Source: Mobula hypostoma (lineage: Eukaryota). From it: DNA of 64,000 nt. The notes beneath the pieces were generated by a model. It ran no database searches and was not told the DNA's origin. It saw only the letters and a program-made list of their open reading frames with translations. This document shows, piece by piece, positions 1 through 12,150 of this stretch (positions within the stretch are counted from its first letter, which is position 1; each line of letters starts with the position of its first letter). The DNA lies in assembly GCF_963921235.1 (NCBI RefSeq), contig NC_086114.1, positions 44,144,001 to 44,208,000 of the forward strand, written 5' to 3'. A program made the translations under genes and the position numbers.

Positions 1-1377
1 TTGTTGCATGAACAGAGTTCTGATACACAAAAAGGAAGTTGTCCACCTTGTGCTTTGAAGGAACGTCCTTCTTGTCCATTACTTTAATAGACTTCCTGAA
101 AGTTTGGATAAACCTTTCAGTGATCTTGAAGCAAAAGCAATCGGGCATTCAGATCCTTCTTTCATTGCTGGGTGGTGAGGAGTTGACTTGAAGTGTTTGA
201 TGCCATTTTTCTCCATGAACAGTCAGTATACTTCTGAGGTGCATTGTGTTCCACTGTCACTCACATTTGTTCTGGTAAGCCATTTCTGGCAAAGATAGTC
301 CTCAGAATGGAGACAGTCTTTACTGAGGTGGTTGACTTCATTGGTATAACCTCCGGCCACTTCAAATCAGCATCCACAGCAATCAGAAATACGGAGTCCA
401 CGAATGGCCCAGCAAAGTCAATATATACTTTTTGCTAGGGGGAAAATGGCCACTCCCACAGGTGTAATGGTGCTTGTGGGGGTGCATTTTGAACTTCTTG
501 GCATTTCAAACAGCTTTTGGCCAAGTCTCCAATTTGTTATCTATTCCGAGCCACCACATGTCGCTCCGGGCGGGACTCTTCATCTTAACTGTACCCATGC
601 GTCCTTCATGCAGATTCTCTAACACTTTGGTGCGCCATTTAGATGAAACCACAACCTGAGATCGCCACTTAGCATTCTTTGATATACTGATAGTTGGCCT
701 CGTCCACTGAAAACTCTGAAAACTTAGGGTTACTATGAGCTGGTCATCCTTCAATGGTGATTTCATAGACTTTTGACAATGTTGGGTCATTCCTTGTTTT
801 CCTTTGTATTTCAGAATTTGTTACTGGCAATTGGCCCACACGTCTGCTGGGCCACAGTTTGAAGACTTTTCTTTTTCAGTTGCCAGTAGTAGAAGACATG
901 ACAAGCCATCAGCGTTGCTCTGTTGTTTGGACCCTTGAACTTTATGTCATAAGTGTGGGCTCCGAGGAATAGTGCCCAGCGTTGTAACTGGGTAGCAGTC
1001 ATCACTGGAATTCCCTTCCTGGAATTGAAAATGGACACAAGGGGCTGGTGATCTATCACTAGTGTAAACTAGGTAGTGGTGGAACTTCTTTATTCTTCGT
1101 ACTAGACTAAGGGCTGCTCAGTTGAACTTTGCGTAGTTCTGTTCTGCACTTGTCAGTGATCTTGAAGCAAAAGCAATCGGGCATTCAGATCCACCTTTCA
1201 TAGTGTGTGACAAAACTGCTCCAATACCATAAGGGGATGCATCTCATGGCAGTCTGATGGGCAGGGATGGGTCATATTGGGTGAGCAGTTCATCAGATAT
1301 TATAATAATGTGCTCAATAGATGGAACACTGTAGCAATGTTTGGGAGAAACTGGCGGTAGCAGTTTATAAGGCCCAA

Positions 1378-2138
1378 TTACGACCTGAGCTGTGACACAT
1401 TTTCCGGTTTGGGTGTCTGTAGAACTGCTTCAGTCTTCTCTTGTGACTTACGTAAGCCATGCTTGTCAATGACATATCTGCAATGTGAGATTTCATTCCT
1501 GAAAAACTCACATTTCTCTCTCTTTGTGCACAGACCATACTCACTCAGCCTGGTAAGCACTTTACCAAGGTTCTGGAGGTTCTCTTCCTCTTTTTGTCCA
1601 GTCACAATGATGTCATCAAGGTAACATTGCATTCCTGGGATATCATGGAACAGTTGGTCCATTGCTCTGCCAAATTTCTGGAGCTGAAGTGATACCAAAG
1701 ATGAGGCGATTATACCGAACCATCCCTTGTGAGTGATGATTGTGAAGGACTTCCTGTTAGACTCCTCCATTTCCATTTTCAGATAGGCTTGTGGCAAGTC
1801 AATCTTTGAAAGCCTCTCCCTACCTGCAAAGATGCAAAATTATCTTATATTCATGGCGGGGAATACTGCCGAGTATGCAGCACGGGGTTGATGCTCATTT
1901 TGAAATCCCCACATATACAAACGTCTCCTGCCTTCTCTTTCTTGACCACTAGGACAATCGGCATGGCCCAATAGCTCCACTCAACTTTAGAGGGAATTCC
2001 AGATGCTTCCAAGCTCTGAAGTTCAGCATCCACTTTAGGACGTAGCATGTAAGGCACTGGACGCACTTGATGGAATCTTGGTGTTGCTGTTTCATCCAGC
2101 TCAATTCTGACCTTCATGACCAATCCCTTCCCAATCAC
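1378..2138 (-). pseudogene. Gypsy reverse transcriptase relic
   Basis: PRF..VRPVPY..WAMPIVLVVKK..ICGDFK and YLDDIIVTG..L..KREKCEF motifs in ORFs 1851-2138 and 1378-1797. Confidence 0.92.
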
Positions 2139-2645
2139 CTTCTTATTAGCATTAAGCAGCTCTGCCAGCCTCTGGTTAGTGCTACCATTTGGGTTGCTGT
2201 TGCCTGCTGATGTGACACTAAGAGCTTTGATTAAGTGCCAGTCGAGTTAGATTTTTCTCAACCATTCACATCCGAAAAGTGCTGTTCCTCCACTTTTCAA
2301 TACATAAAGTTCTAATTGCTGTGTTTGGCCTCCATACATCACATTCACCTTCAGTTTGCCTTTGGGAGTCACTTTTCCACCTTCTCTAATGGTACTTTAG
2401 AGAACAGTCTGTTGTAGTCAGCCTCTGGGATTACAAGCAAAGCTGACCGTGTATCTAGATCTATATTATATTGTGATCTGCTTCAGTAATACTATGCATC
2501 TCTAAGCATGACAGTTCAACTTTGTCAGACCCTATGCTGTCTGATTTGGTACATTTGGTAACTTTATGCATTTGCTCAGTTTGTGTTTGAGACTTTTCAC
2601 TCGGTTGTGCTTTTTGTCTGCCTTGCACTCTCTCTCTATGTGACC

Positions 2646-3309
2646 TTATCTGTGATACTTTCTGCAGACTTTTTCTTTGAACCAACAGTCACTTGCATCC
2701 TGAAAGTATTTCCCACATCGATAGCACTTTTGGCTTTTTACACCATTCAGGGACGTTTTGTGGATTTTCTGTTCTAACTTCTTTTTCTGTAGTTCTGCTG
2801 CATCCTTTGCTGGGGTCTCTAACGATACTGCAATGGCCAATGCCCTGTCTAAGGTTAGGTCTCTTTTGGATAGTAGCATCTTTTGAGTCCTTTGACTATG
2901 CATGCCACATACAAGCCAGTCCCTTAATGAATCAGAAAGCCCATCTCCAAAGTCACAGTCCTGGGAAAGTTTGCACAGTTCTGCAATGTATTCAGTAAGG
3001 CTTTCATCTTTTTGACTGGTTCCTCTTGTAAAATCTAAATCTCCCAGCTATTGCCAGCAGTACAGGGCTCAAGTGATTTTGCAAAATTGTAACAATTTCG
3101 TCAAACATCTTGCTTGCTGGCTTTGCAAGGGTTACTAGGTTGTGTAAGAGACTGTACATCCTTGCACCCATTAAGCTAAGAAGCACAGGGGCTTTCTTTG
3201 GCTCCTCCACGTTGTTCACGTTACAGTACAGTTCCACCCTCTCAATATACGACTCCCAGACTTCATTCGCACTCTCAAATTTGGCAACTTTCGCGACTGA
3301 AGCCATCAC
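2646..3309 (-). pseudogene. Gypsy gag relic
   Basis: ORFs 3004-3309 (WESYIERVELY..APVLLSLMG..YSLLHNL..ILQNHLSP) and 2646-2903 (LLSKRDLTLDRAL..CYRCGK). Confidence 0.9.
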
Positions 3310-3463
3310 AATGTTATTTTCATTTTAAAATCAGCACATCTTTCGCTGTTACTATACACTGTATTTAACGCATCTGTGACGGCCTTCTCATGCTGTTTAA
3401 CTTCCATAATCGTGCCATAACTGTTGGAGCAGTTCATCATACTTTCTGACGTTTAGGTTCGTA

Positions 3464-3663
3464 CTCATTGCCAATTTGTTGTGTCTGTGCACAACTTCAT
3501 ATCAATTAAATAAAACACACGTGGGAGATGGCTTTACCTGATGTATTCACATTGCAGCGAGAGTGAGAGAGCAATGGACATGTACAGACTACAGATCAAT
3601 AAGCGCTGCTGGGGGTGTGGTGGTTGGGCCATTGCTCTAAAAGAAATAGATCCATACATTACA
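3464..3663 (-). mobile_element. Putative 5' LTR (~3477-3663) plus primer-binding site of the Gypsy element
   Basis: The minus strand reads TGTAATG...ACAACA, followed by AATTGGCAATGAG (resembling the TGGCGACGAG PBS of fish Gypsy elements), just upstream of gag. Confidence 0.6.
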
Positions 3664-4499
3664 ATGACCATGCCATCAGTGTCCACATCCCAGAAGTGAA
3701 TAACTTAAGTAGAAAAACTGTTCATAATCATGTTATTTATGGGTGGTTACTATGCAAAAATTGAAGACTACATTTTCTAAATTACAGAAGCAACTGGATT
3801 TCAAAGAGAATTTGAGTTCTTTAAAATGCATTTTGGAAATATTATGAAAGCTGTGACATAAATGTGGGTCATTATTTCAATGAACAACGTTAAGCAAATC
3901 TTGGATTTGCGAAGTCTGTGCTTTGAGTCTTTAGTACTCTCCTGAATCCTCACCTGTTCACTGTAGCACCTTGGAGATCAGTCCTCAATTCCCAAATATC
4001 CAGTACGCTGGGCTGTACTGTTACCAGGAGTTGAAGAGGACCCAGGTTACAGGGAGAAGTTGGGCAGGACTTGGGAAGTTTTACTGCTGTTGTAGAAGAT
4101 GTTGGTAAGGCTGCAGCAGTGGTATTGAGTACAGTTTTGATTATCCTGATATGAGAAAGATATTAAGTTCGAAAGAGTGTGAAGATTTATGGGAATACTG
4201 CTTGGACTTGAGTGTCTGAGCGAGGTTGCGAAGGGTAGGACTTTATTCCTTGGAGCATAGGAGACTGTGGAATGATCTTAAAGAGGCGTATAAAACATGA
4301 GGAGACTGGACAAGGTCAATATACACATGCTCTGTCCCAGAAAAAGGGTGAGTGGAAAGATTTAAAAGGGACCTGAGGCCATTTCACACAGTGGCTGGCA
4401 CATGTATGGAACGAGCTTCCAGAAGAAGTGGTTAAGGCAGGTGTGATAAAACTTAAAGACATTTGGATTAGTACATGGATAGGAAAGGTACATGAATAT

Positions 4500-4535
4500 G
4501 GTCCTGACGAAGGGTCTCGGCCTGAAACGTCGACT
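4500..4535 (+). ncRNA. Minimal type I hammerhead ribozyme motif
   Basis: GGUC-CUGACGA-AGG(GUCUCGG)CCU-GAAA-CGUC^GACU. The core boxes are intact, stems I and II pair, and stem III is the palindrome ACGU. Confidence 0.75.
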
Positions 4536-4600
4536 GCGCCTCTTCCTATAGATGCTGCTTGGCCTGCTGCGTTCACCAGCAACTTTGATGTGTGTTGCTT
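4501..4600 (+). mobile_element. Penelope-like (PLE) terminal fragment with 9-bp TSD
   Basis: TGAATATGG at 4493-4501 and 4600-4608. The body is shared with about 20 other copies in the window. Confidence 0.85.
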
Positions 4601-5099
4601 GAATATGGGCAATATGGGCTAAATACAGACAAATGGTGGCAACTTTAGTTGGCATGAAGTAGATGGGCCAAAGAGCTGTTCCTTGTTATAATACTCTATG
4701 AATCTAAAATTGAATCATATCTTAAAAAGTTTTCAGCTGGGGACTAGTTCTTCAGAACAGGTTGTTGATTGGCATCATAGCAGGCCCCATGTCTGAGCAT
4801 CAATCACTCCTTGCCTTCCAGTGTGAACAGGCAGCGTACCACAGTTTAAATTATTTACTTCTGATGCTAAGGCAGTGTAAATATCACTTACATGCAACAT
4901 GTCTAAACATTAAACCCGGCAGAGGACACAGCATTCATGTGGAAAAGAAAAAGACCTGACATATCACTTAGTAACAGACTCGTTCAGAATAACATAGCCG
5001 AACAAATCTTGGAGTTTCAAACATGGCATAAATTTCTGGCAGATTCTATTGTTAGCAATGACTGCCTGTGTCTGACTTGCTATATTAGCCTTTCTCATT

Positions 5100-6050
5100 G
5101 TCCAGAAATTTTTTACTGTACCGCAAAGTGGAGCTGATTTTGATTAATGTTCAGGTGAAAATTGAAATTTTTATTACATTAGCAGATCGTGTAAACTAAT
5201 ACTTAGAAAGCCACAGCCTAATATGATCTGTCAGAGTCATGTCTATTATGCGTCCAGAACAGACACAAGCTGGTAATGCACTGCACTGATGCAAAAACAG
5301 GCAAAATAAATGATGATTAATGAAAGACATTAAATTATTATAAATTATCAGGCGCCACCAGAAGAGCAGGCTTCTGCGATAGGCCAAACAAGACTTGGAT
5401 CACCAACGTAGGTACCACTTGGCATCTCCAATGATATTCTAATTTATATGCAAATGAGCCTTGCATAATGAGCCCAAGGTTACGTTGCTGACTTGCTTTC
5501 TTTCAAGAGCCCTGCGAACAAGCTGTTTTTGCAACTGTTTGCAACCTGGGTCCTGTAACTGAAGGTCGCCTGGAAGATTTTCTGCTTTCTCACCCACATC
5601 AGACGGAGCAGCCGATGATTTATGGGAAGTAATTTGGCAAGGTGACAGACTTTAATAGTGTGTTTTGAATGCTTATGGACAAAAAATAAATGAGCTGAAA
5701 ACTGAAAAATAATAGGGCAGCCGGCAAATTAAACATGACGTGTGCCCACCCTGCCTAACAATTATGCAACTCTCCCCCCCCCTCGCCTCCACACTTTACC
5801 AAGCATCATGTTTAAAATGTGCATTATGCACCTATTTGTTAGCTGTTAATAATGCAGTATATCACAGCTGTCTTACAGAAGTAAATGCAAAGTGGAGGTC
5901 AGGAAATAGCTTTCTCTCAGAAGACAAGCACGAGGATGAAAAAGTACCTGACACCAAGGCTTTAGTTAGTCATTTGGCACTTTGCTTCCTTTTGAATTAC
6001 TTACACACAAACACATTTTCTCCCCGTCTCTTCCACTCTGTTGACAGAGG
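5100..6050. promoter_or_regulatory. Candidate conserved developmental enhancer (PBX-HOX, MEIS and POU motif cluster)
   Basis: Repeat-free island. TGATTAAT at 5141 and 5314, TGATTTATGG 5616-5625, TGACAG 5643 and 6042, CTGTCA 5228, octamer ATGCAAAT 5448-5455. Confidence 0.4.
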
Positions 6051-6479
6051 GAGGGGAGGCTTTGATGATTGCAGAAATTATTTTCCCCCAGCTTGGGAGA
6101 CTGGAACCAGAGGTATTACTAAAGCTGGTAGCTTTCAAGGTATTATTTGGCCTCTGCTCTCAAGTAAGCAACCAGTTTGTAAACAAACATAGGTACTGTA
6201 TATAGAACTGAAATGATGGACCATTTTATAATTTGCTGATTGTCCTAATTTCAGATTTCTCATCCTTGCATTTACACCCCTCCCCATTCATCCAGTAAGC
6301 TCCTGCAATCTCACTACCTTTCAATATCCATACCTTGGGACGCTTTTTATTATTTGCTAATACTTATGTGAAAGATTTTCTGTGTTTTTGGGAAAATATT
6401 ACATTTCTTGATGTAAGATGCATCAACAAGGATGTACATTTCTTCTTTTATTCTCTAAACATTTTTGTTACTCAAGGAT

Positions 6480-6531
6480 CTGTGTATATGTTTGTGTGTA
6501 TGTCTGTGTGTGTCTGTTTATATATGGGTAT

Positions 6532-6570
<39 letters not shown>

Positions 6571-6618
6571 TCTGTGGGTATGTATGTATTTGTGTTTATC
6601 TGTTTCCTTATGTGTATA
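6480..6618. repeat. (TG)n microsatellite, imperfect flanks
   Basis: Direct observation; purest at about 6539-6567. Confidence 0.95.
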
Positions 6619-6621
6619 CAG

Positions 6622-6725
6622 ACAGTAGTCACTTTATTAAGTACCCCCTCTACCGAAAAAGTGGCCACTGAGTGTACCTTCATAGTCCTCTGCTATTGTA
6701 ACCCATCCACTTCAAGGTTTGACAT
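6622..6725 (-). mobile_element. Tc1/mariner terminal fragment (CACTCAGTGGCCACTTTATTAGG family)
   Basis: TIR-like hairpin plus ccatccacttcaagg, shared with 23165, 43005 and 60612. Confidence 0.7.
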
Positions 6726-7044
6726 ATTTCACAGCCCCTTTCAGAAGGAGAAGCAACCTAGAATCTTCTCCAGTAAATGAAGTCATTGTTGTCATGCACA
6801 GCAAGCATGGAACCACTCTCCATAAGGAAAAACAACTCCCTCACTCCCTCAGAATCAGAATTGAAATCAGGTTTAATATTGTATGAGAGTGGGAAGGGGG
6901 CAGGGAAAGGGGAATCATAGTTGGGAGAGGCATAGGGAGAGGGAAGTCGGAAGAGGGAGGGAAGAGAGAGGAAGAGGGAAGAGGGAAGCACCAGAGAGAC
7001 ATTCTGTAATGATTAATAAACCAGTTGTTTGGAATATGTATTCC

Positions 7045-7150
7045 TCCAGTCCTGGTGAATGGTCTAGGGCTGAAACATTGATTGTACTCTTTTCTATGGA
7101 TGCTAGCTGGCCTCTGAGTTTCTTCAGCATTTTGTCTATGTTGTTTGGAA
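7045..7150 (+). mobile_element. PLE terminal fragment, degenerate hammerhead
   Basis: ccagtcctggtgaatggtctagggctgaaacattgattg..gatgct..ctgagtttcttcagcattttg. Confidence 0.75.
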
Positions 7151-7274
7151 TCAAATTATCATACCTGATGTCTCAAGGCTGCGTGTCTGCACCTGTGCCA
7201 CCCCTCTCCTGCCTCCAATAATCCTGCTCTGCCACATGTCTCCACCCTGGAACCTGACGATAAGTACAGTAATG

Positions 7275-7590
7275 TGCAAATGGAGAACAAAAATAGTGAG
7301 GTAGTGTTCATGGGTTGATTCACTGTCAGCTCAGAAATCTCACGGCAGAAACTGTTCCTAAAATGCTGAGTGTGTGTCCTGTACCACCTCCCTGATGCTA
7401 GTAATAAGAAGGACACACGTCCTCGGTAGTGGGGGTCCTTAATGATGGATGCCACCTTTCTGAGGCATCACCTTTTGATGTTGTCTTCGAAGCTGGGGAG
7501 GCTAGTGCTGACGATGGAGCTGGCTGAGCTTGTACCCTCTACAGCTTTTTCCGATCCTGTGCAGTGGCCCCTCCATCCCAGATGGTGATG
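7275..7590 (-). mobile_element. Rex1/Babar-like LINE 3' fragment
   Basis: Minus ORF ASIIKDPH..SFLLLASGRWYR..FRNSF. Confidence 0.85.
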
Positions 7591-8214
7591 TTCCCTCTTC
7601 AAGCCCAAGCCAGCTATGCTTCTATGCACTGAGATGCAGTTTGCTAACTCAATGTGCTCAATTAATGCTGCTAACAAACAGATGTTTTACTGATGTTTAT
7701 TGAGGAACAAATATTGACAACAGCACAAAATGATCTGAGTGTCCACTTTATGCAGTGCTCTCAACGGTTGAGATAAAGCAAAGCCATTCTTAAATGTCCT
7801 AGGAAAATCAACCAGAACACCATGTTATTTTATCACGATCCGTACAGAGTATTTTAAATTCCTGCTCTCTGCTGCAAATGACTGCAGAGTGAGGCTGGTT
7901 TCAATCACCATCTCTCGTGGGGCGTCATAATTCCGAAATGCCATGTGGCTGTGGCCAGGGACTGGTGCTAAGAACTAAATGGCAGTAACATCATTGTCAA
8001 TCTCCTGATTAATTAGAATTCAGTGGCTTGTGCGATGGTTCTAATGCAGGCTAAATACTTAGACCCGCTCACAGCTGAACCCACCAGTGGAAGACATTGA
8101 CTTCAGCAGTGAAAGGAATCATCAGACAGCTGGATTCTGAGTCCTGACCATTTAGCTGGATAATTGTAGACATTGGGGACATTGAGTTTTACAATGCAAC
8201 ACAGTGGCATTGTT

Positions 8215-8510
8215 AATAGAGTTGTTGTCACTTGGAGCCAGAGTCCTGACATCTGGTACTGTTTGTGTGGACTTTGAGTGAACTCCCCGTGATCATGTGG
8301 GTGTACCCCTGGGGCTTCCATTTTCTCACACATCCCAAAAATGCGGGGCTGATAGATTAATTGGCTGCTGTAAATTGCCCCTCATGTAGAGCTGAGAGGT
8401 AGCATCCGGGGAGGGGGAAGTTGATGGAAATGCTGGGAAGATTGGAAAGGATTAGAGTAGAAAGAGTCTAAAATGGGTGTATACTGGTTGGTACTGAAGG
8501 AGCTGCTTCC
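8215..8510 (+). mobile_element. Old V-SINE (HE1-like)
   Basis: V-domain-like ctccccgtgatcatgtgggt..ttctcacacatcccaaaa..attaattggc. Confidence 0.7.
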
Positions 8511-8644
8511 ATACAGTATAGATAGCTGTATGCTTCCAAGGCACTATAACACATCCAAGTGTGGCTGGCACTTGTTGTCCTTCGGCACATGTTGGCTAAA
8601 GGACACTTCGGGTAGTCATCTGTCCTGAGTAAGGTTATGTAGTT

Positions 8645-8762
8645 GGAGACACAAGGAACTCCAGATGCGGGAAATCTTGAGCTGGAGGAACTCAATAGGT
8701 CAGGCATCAGCTACAGAGGGAAAGAGTCAGTTGATGTTTCCACTCAGAATCCTTCACCAGAA
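8645..8762 (-). mobile_element. PLE terminal fragment
   Basis: cagatgc..gctggaggaactcaataggtcaggca..gatgtttc..ccttcaccag. Confidence 0.75.
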
Positions 8763-8787
8763 GAGGCCTTTTGTGAGTTGCCCTAAG

Positions 8788-9594
8788 GTTTCAATAGGTA
8801 CATTTATTAGAGAAATATATACAATATACATCCTGAAATTTTCTTTTTCGCAAACATCCACAAAAACAGAGGAGTGCCCCAAAGAATGAATGACAGTTAA
8901 ATGTTAGAAACCCAAAGCCCCCCCAGCTCCCCCCTTCCGTGCATCAGCAGCAGCAAAATGACGACCCCCCCCTCCCCCACCAGCAAAAAAAAGCATCTGC
9001 ACCCTCCATCGAGCACTCAAGCGTGCAGCAAAGCATCAATAAAGACTCAGACTTGCAGTACCCCAAAGACTACTCATTCACCCGGTAAGTCAACGTACCA
9101 CAGGCACTCTGTCTCACTAATAAGGGAAAAAGAGGTGTCCCCATTTCACAGCAAGAGGGGAGACATAACAAAACAACTCACTGATTTATGGTGTTAAAAG
9201 TCTGTTGCGTTGCTTTTTCCGAGCTCTGTGCCCAAAGAAATCGGGTCTCTGGGCACACAGCCAGCAGCCAGCTCGCTGCTTTCGATCTTCCATGTACTGC
9301 TACGACACATCAGGCAGCGGCACTGACCTCGAATCCGTCCGCCTCCAGAGCCATGAAACTCCTGCACCCTGAATACACGCCAGCCTTCCAGAGCGCGTCC
9401 TTGGGACATCAAAAAGCGGCCAGTCGTGACGCCCTGAGAGTGGGTCCCATATCCGCAAAGAACCAAAGCCAGCATGTAACTCCAGGTCAGGGTCTTCAAA
9501 AGAACCCTGAAAAGGCAAAAAAAGAGATATTAAAGATAGAAATAGAGCTGTTTCCGAAGATGGAAGTGAAGGAGTTGTTGTTAGGCGCCATCGT
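8788..9594 (-). mobile_element. Non-coding ~800-bp non-autonomous retroposon, apparently full length
   Basis: CCTAAG duplicated at 8782-8787 and 9595-9600. Colinear with a second copy at 19710-20405. The minus-strand 5' end reads GATGGCGCC. Confidence 0.8.
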
Positions 9595-10497
9595 CCTAAG
9601 CTCCGACCCACTACACGTGGGAGTGTAGTGGCTGTTAATGAAAAGCAAGCAGAACTCTGGAACACTGATCCAGAGTCTTGAGTTTGAATCTCTTGAGAGC
9701 AGCATGGGAATATGGGAGTAATTCAGTGAATCTGGAACTAAACCTTGGAAGTGATAATAACCATAACTGTTATAAAATAAATCTGCGTTTTAGGCTATGC
9801 TGGCTTCAGGAAAGGAAGTTGCTTATATTATCTTCCCTGTGGGTTCTCAACTATCCATCTAATTCAGAGGAAATTATAGATGAATAAAATTGATAGGATG
9901 CCCAATGACATCTATACACTGCAGAAAAATAAATCCGTAAGGCGTACTATGAGAGTAAAATCTAACCATTCAGCCCATCAAATTTTCTCTGCCAATTCAT
10001 CATGGCTGATTTATTATCCCTGTCAACACCATTTTCCTGCTTTCTTCCTGTAATATTTGACACTTTTACTAAATCAAGAACCTATAAATCTCTGCTTTAA
10101 CCCAATGACTTTGTCTGTGGCAATGAATTCCACAGATTCACCACCCTCTGTCAAAGTAATCAACTTGCCTGGTTTTGATTACCTTTTGAGGGGCAATGGC
10201 AGTGAAGATCAATTGGAGATTGTTTCTCCGTTTATCAGTTGTGGGTTTTTTTTTTGCCTATTCTAGGCGATTTAGTTTTAATTAATTAACAGGTTGTGAA
10301 CATTGCTGACTAAGCCAACAGTTAATGGCAGTCATTCATTCCCCTTAATGCAGATCATGCAATGAAAACCGTCACATAATGCTGTTGGGAAAAGTGTTCC
10401 AAGATTTGCAATCATTTACAATGAAGGGAATCTGCAAGTGGTGGTGCATCCATACAACTTTTGGTCTTGCCCTTCTAGATCTCCGAGGCCACAGGTA

Positions 10498-10860
10498 AAT
10501 TGGAATTGGTTTATTATTGTCACGTGTGCCAGCAACACGGCGAAACACTTGTCTTGCATACTATTCATACAGATCAAATCATTACACAGTGCACTGAGGT
10601 AGAAAAAGGTAAAGCAATAACAGAATGCAGAATAAAGTGTAAACGCTACAGAGAAAGTGCAATGCAGGTAAACAAGAAGGTGCAAGACCAAAATGATGGA
10701 GACTGTGAAGGCGTAAGTCCGACCTATCGCACAATAGGTCCATTCAAGACTCTGATAACAGTGGGACTGAAGCTGTCCTTGAGCCTGGTGATATGTACTT
10801 TCAGGAATTTGTATATACTCCCAGCGGAAGAGGAGAGAAGAAAGAATGCCCTAGGTGGCT
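10498..10860 (-). mobile_element. Rex1-like LINE 3' end
   Basis: aattggtttattattgtcac..cagatcaaatcattacacagtgc tail, repeated at 27920, 35165, 35670 and 55235. Confidence 0.75.
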
Positions 10861-11099
10861 GTAACATTGCTCTAAAGATTAGTGCATCTTATAGGTGGTG
10901 CACACTATGGTTACACAGCACTGCCTGATGGTGGAGATGAATCGTTAAGATAGACAGTTTGATAGATAGCTAGAGATATGTGGAGATGGGCCTCCAGCTC
11001 ACAGAGACTGTGCTGACCATCAGGCACTATTTACACCTGTGGTCTATGTACCCCTTGTTAATGACAGGGTCCATGACATAAAAAAAAAGTTGGGAACCC

Positions 11100-11330
11100 C
11101 TGACACTAATCCTGTTTTGTTCTCTCCACTTCCTCATGAATTATGACCCAGATTCTACCACACATTCACTCACGAGGAACAATTTACAGTGGCCAGTTAA
11201 CCCACCAATCTGCACATCTTTGGGATATGGGAGAAAGAAGCCCAGAGAATGTGCAAATTTCAGCAATGATGGCCCAGACTGAACCATGATTTCCGAGTTA
11301 TGAGTGGATGGGATGCCTATTGTATGTGCT
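11100..11330 (-). mobile_element. V-SINE (HE1-like)
   Basis: acaatttacagtggccagttaacccaccaatctgcacatctttggga. Confidence 0.7.
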
Positions 11331-11829
11331 CTATCCTGGCGCTTCACTCTGTGTCAAGCTGCATTCATCCCAACAAATAGAAAGCATTCCATCATGCTCC
11401 ATGGATTAGAAAGCCTTTTGGATGTCAGGAGGTGAGCAACTCAATGTGGGATAGCTACTGTTACCCAGAGGCTAATTCTAGCACCCAACTACAGCCCTGA
11501 CTTACATCAGATAACCCAGGATAACCTCAGGGTCAGTCTATCATGGCCAGATGATTCTTGCCTTCCAAGGGGAGCTATTTTGCAGGCTTTTTGTAGGCAG
11601 GAGACTGGATCAGAAGCATTCAGAATCTCTTCGAATTTTGGAAATGCACTTAATAAGTAGCTCTGGATTTTGCACACCATCTTTGTAAAGGAAGGCCAAC
11701 ACCAAATTTCAGAGGCAGGAGTCACAAATAGATGTTGCTGTATCATGTATTTACCTCTTGTGATTGTGGATGAATATTTTTCCAAGGTATTTTAATAGAA
11801 ATTAATTTTCATGCTTAGTAGATAGCATT

Positions 11830-12150
11830 AATCCATCGTTAAGGACCCTCACTATTCTGGACATGCCCTCATTTCATTACTACCATCAGGAAGGAGGTCC
11901 AGAAGCATGAAGACAAAAACTCAACACTTTAAGAACATCTTTTTGCATTCTGCCATCAGATTCTGAATGGTCTTTGAACCCATGAACGTTACCTCACTAG
12001 TTTGCTGTCTTTTTGCATTACCTACTTGTTGTTTTAATATTCCTTATTATAACCTGCCAAAGTTTTCTTAATGCTTTGCATTGTACTACTGCTGCAAAAC
12101 AACAAATATCACAACATATATCAGTGATAATAAACTTGATTCTGATTCTG
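11830..12150 (+). mobile_element. Rex1-like LINE 3' end
   Basis: ctaccatcaggaaggagg..; ends in aataaacttgattctgattctg. Confidence 0.8.

Larger units (their letters stand above)
1..3663 (-). mobile_element. Decayed Ty3/Gypsy LTR retrotransposon (K02A2.6-like), continuing off the left edge
   Basis: Minus-strand order is gag, Zn knuckle (CYRCGK), protease (LDTRSA ~2430-2460), RT (YLDDII), RNase H ([11 protein letters not shown] ~1215-1245), integrase (LHEGRMG..KMKS.ARS.MWW; DFAGPF, KWPEV). Many frameshifts and stops. Confidence 0.95.
4040..4700 (+). mobile_element. CR1 LINE 3' fragment, interrupted at 4502-4599
   Basis: Typical CR1 ORF2-end sequence (ttccttggagcataggagactg..gatcttaaagaggcgtataaa; tggaacgagcttccagaagaagtgg) and an actctatg tail. 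Confidence 0.85.

Noticed and set aside
5740-6192. 150-aa ORF in the unique island
   Set aside because: Non-ATG start, no recognisable domain or coherent splice signals.
6335-6780. Cys/Val-rich ORFs
   Set aside because: Read-through of a (TG)n microsatellite.
9188-9705. Overlapping 100-146 aa ORFs
   Set aside because: GC-rich part of a non-coding repeat; the frames are not maintained in the second copy.
11500-11785. 92-aa minus ORF near a GTAAGT donor
   Set aside because: A stop precedes the donor and there is no homology signal.
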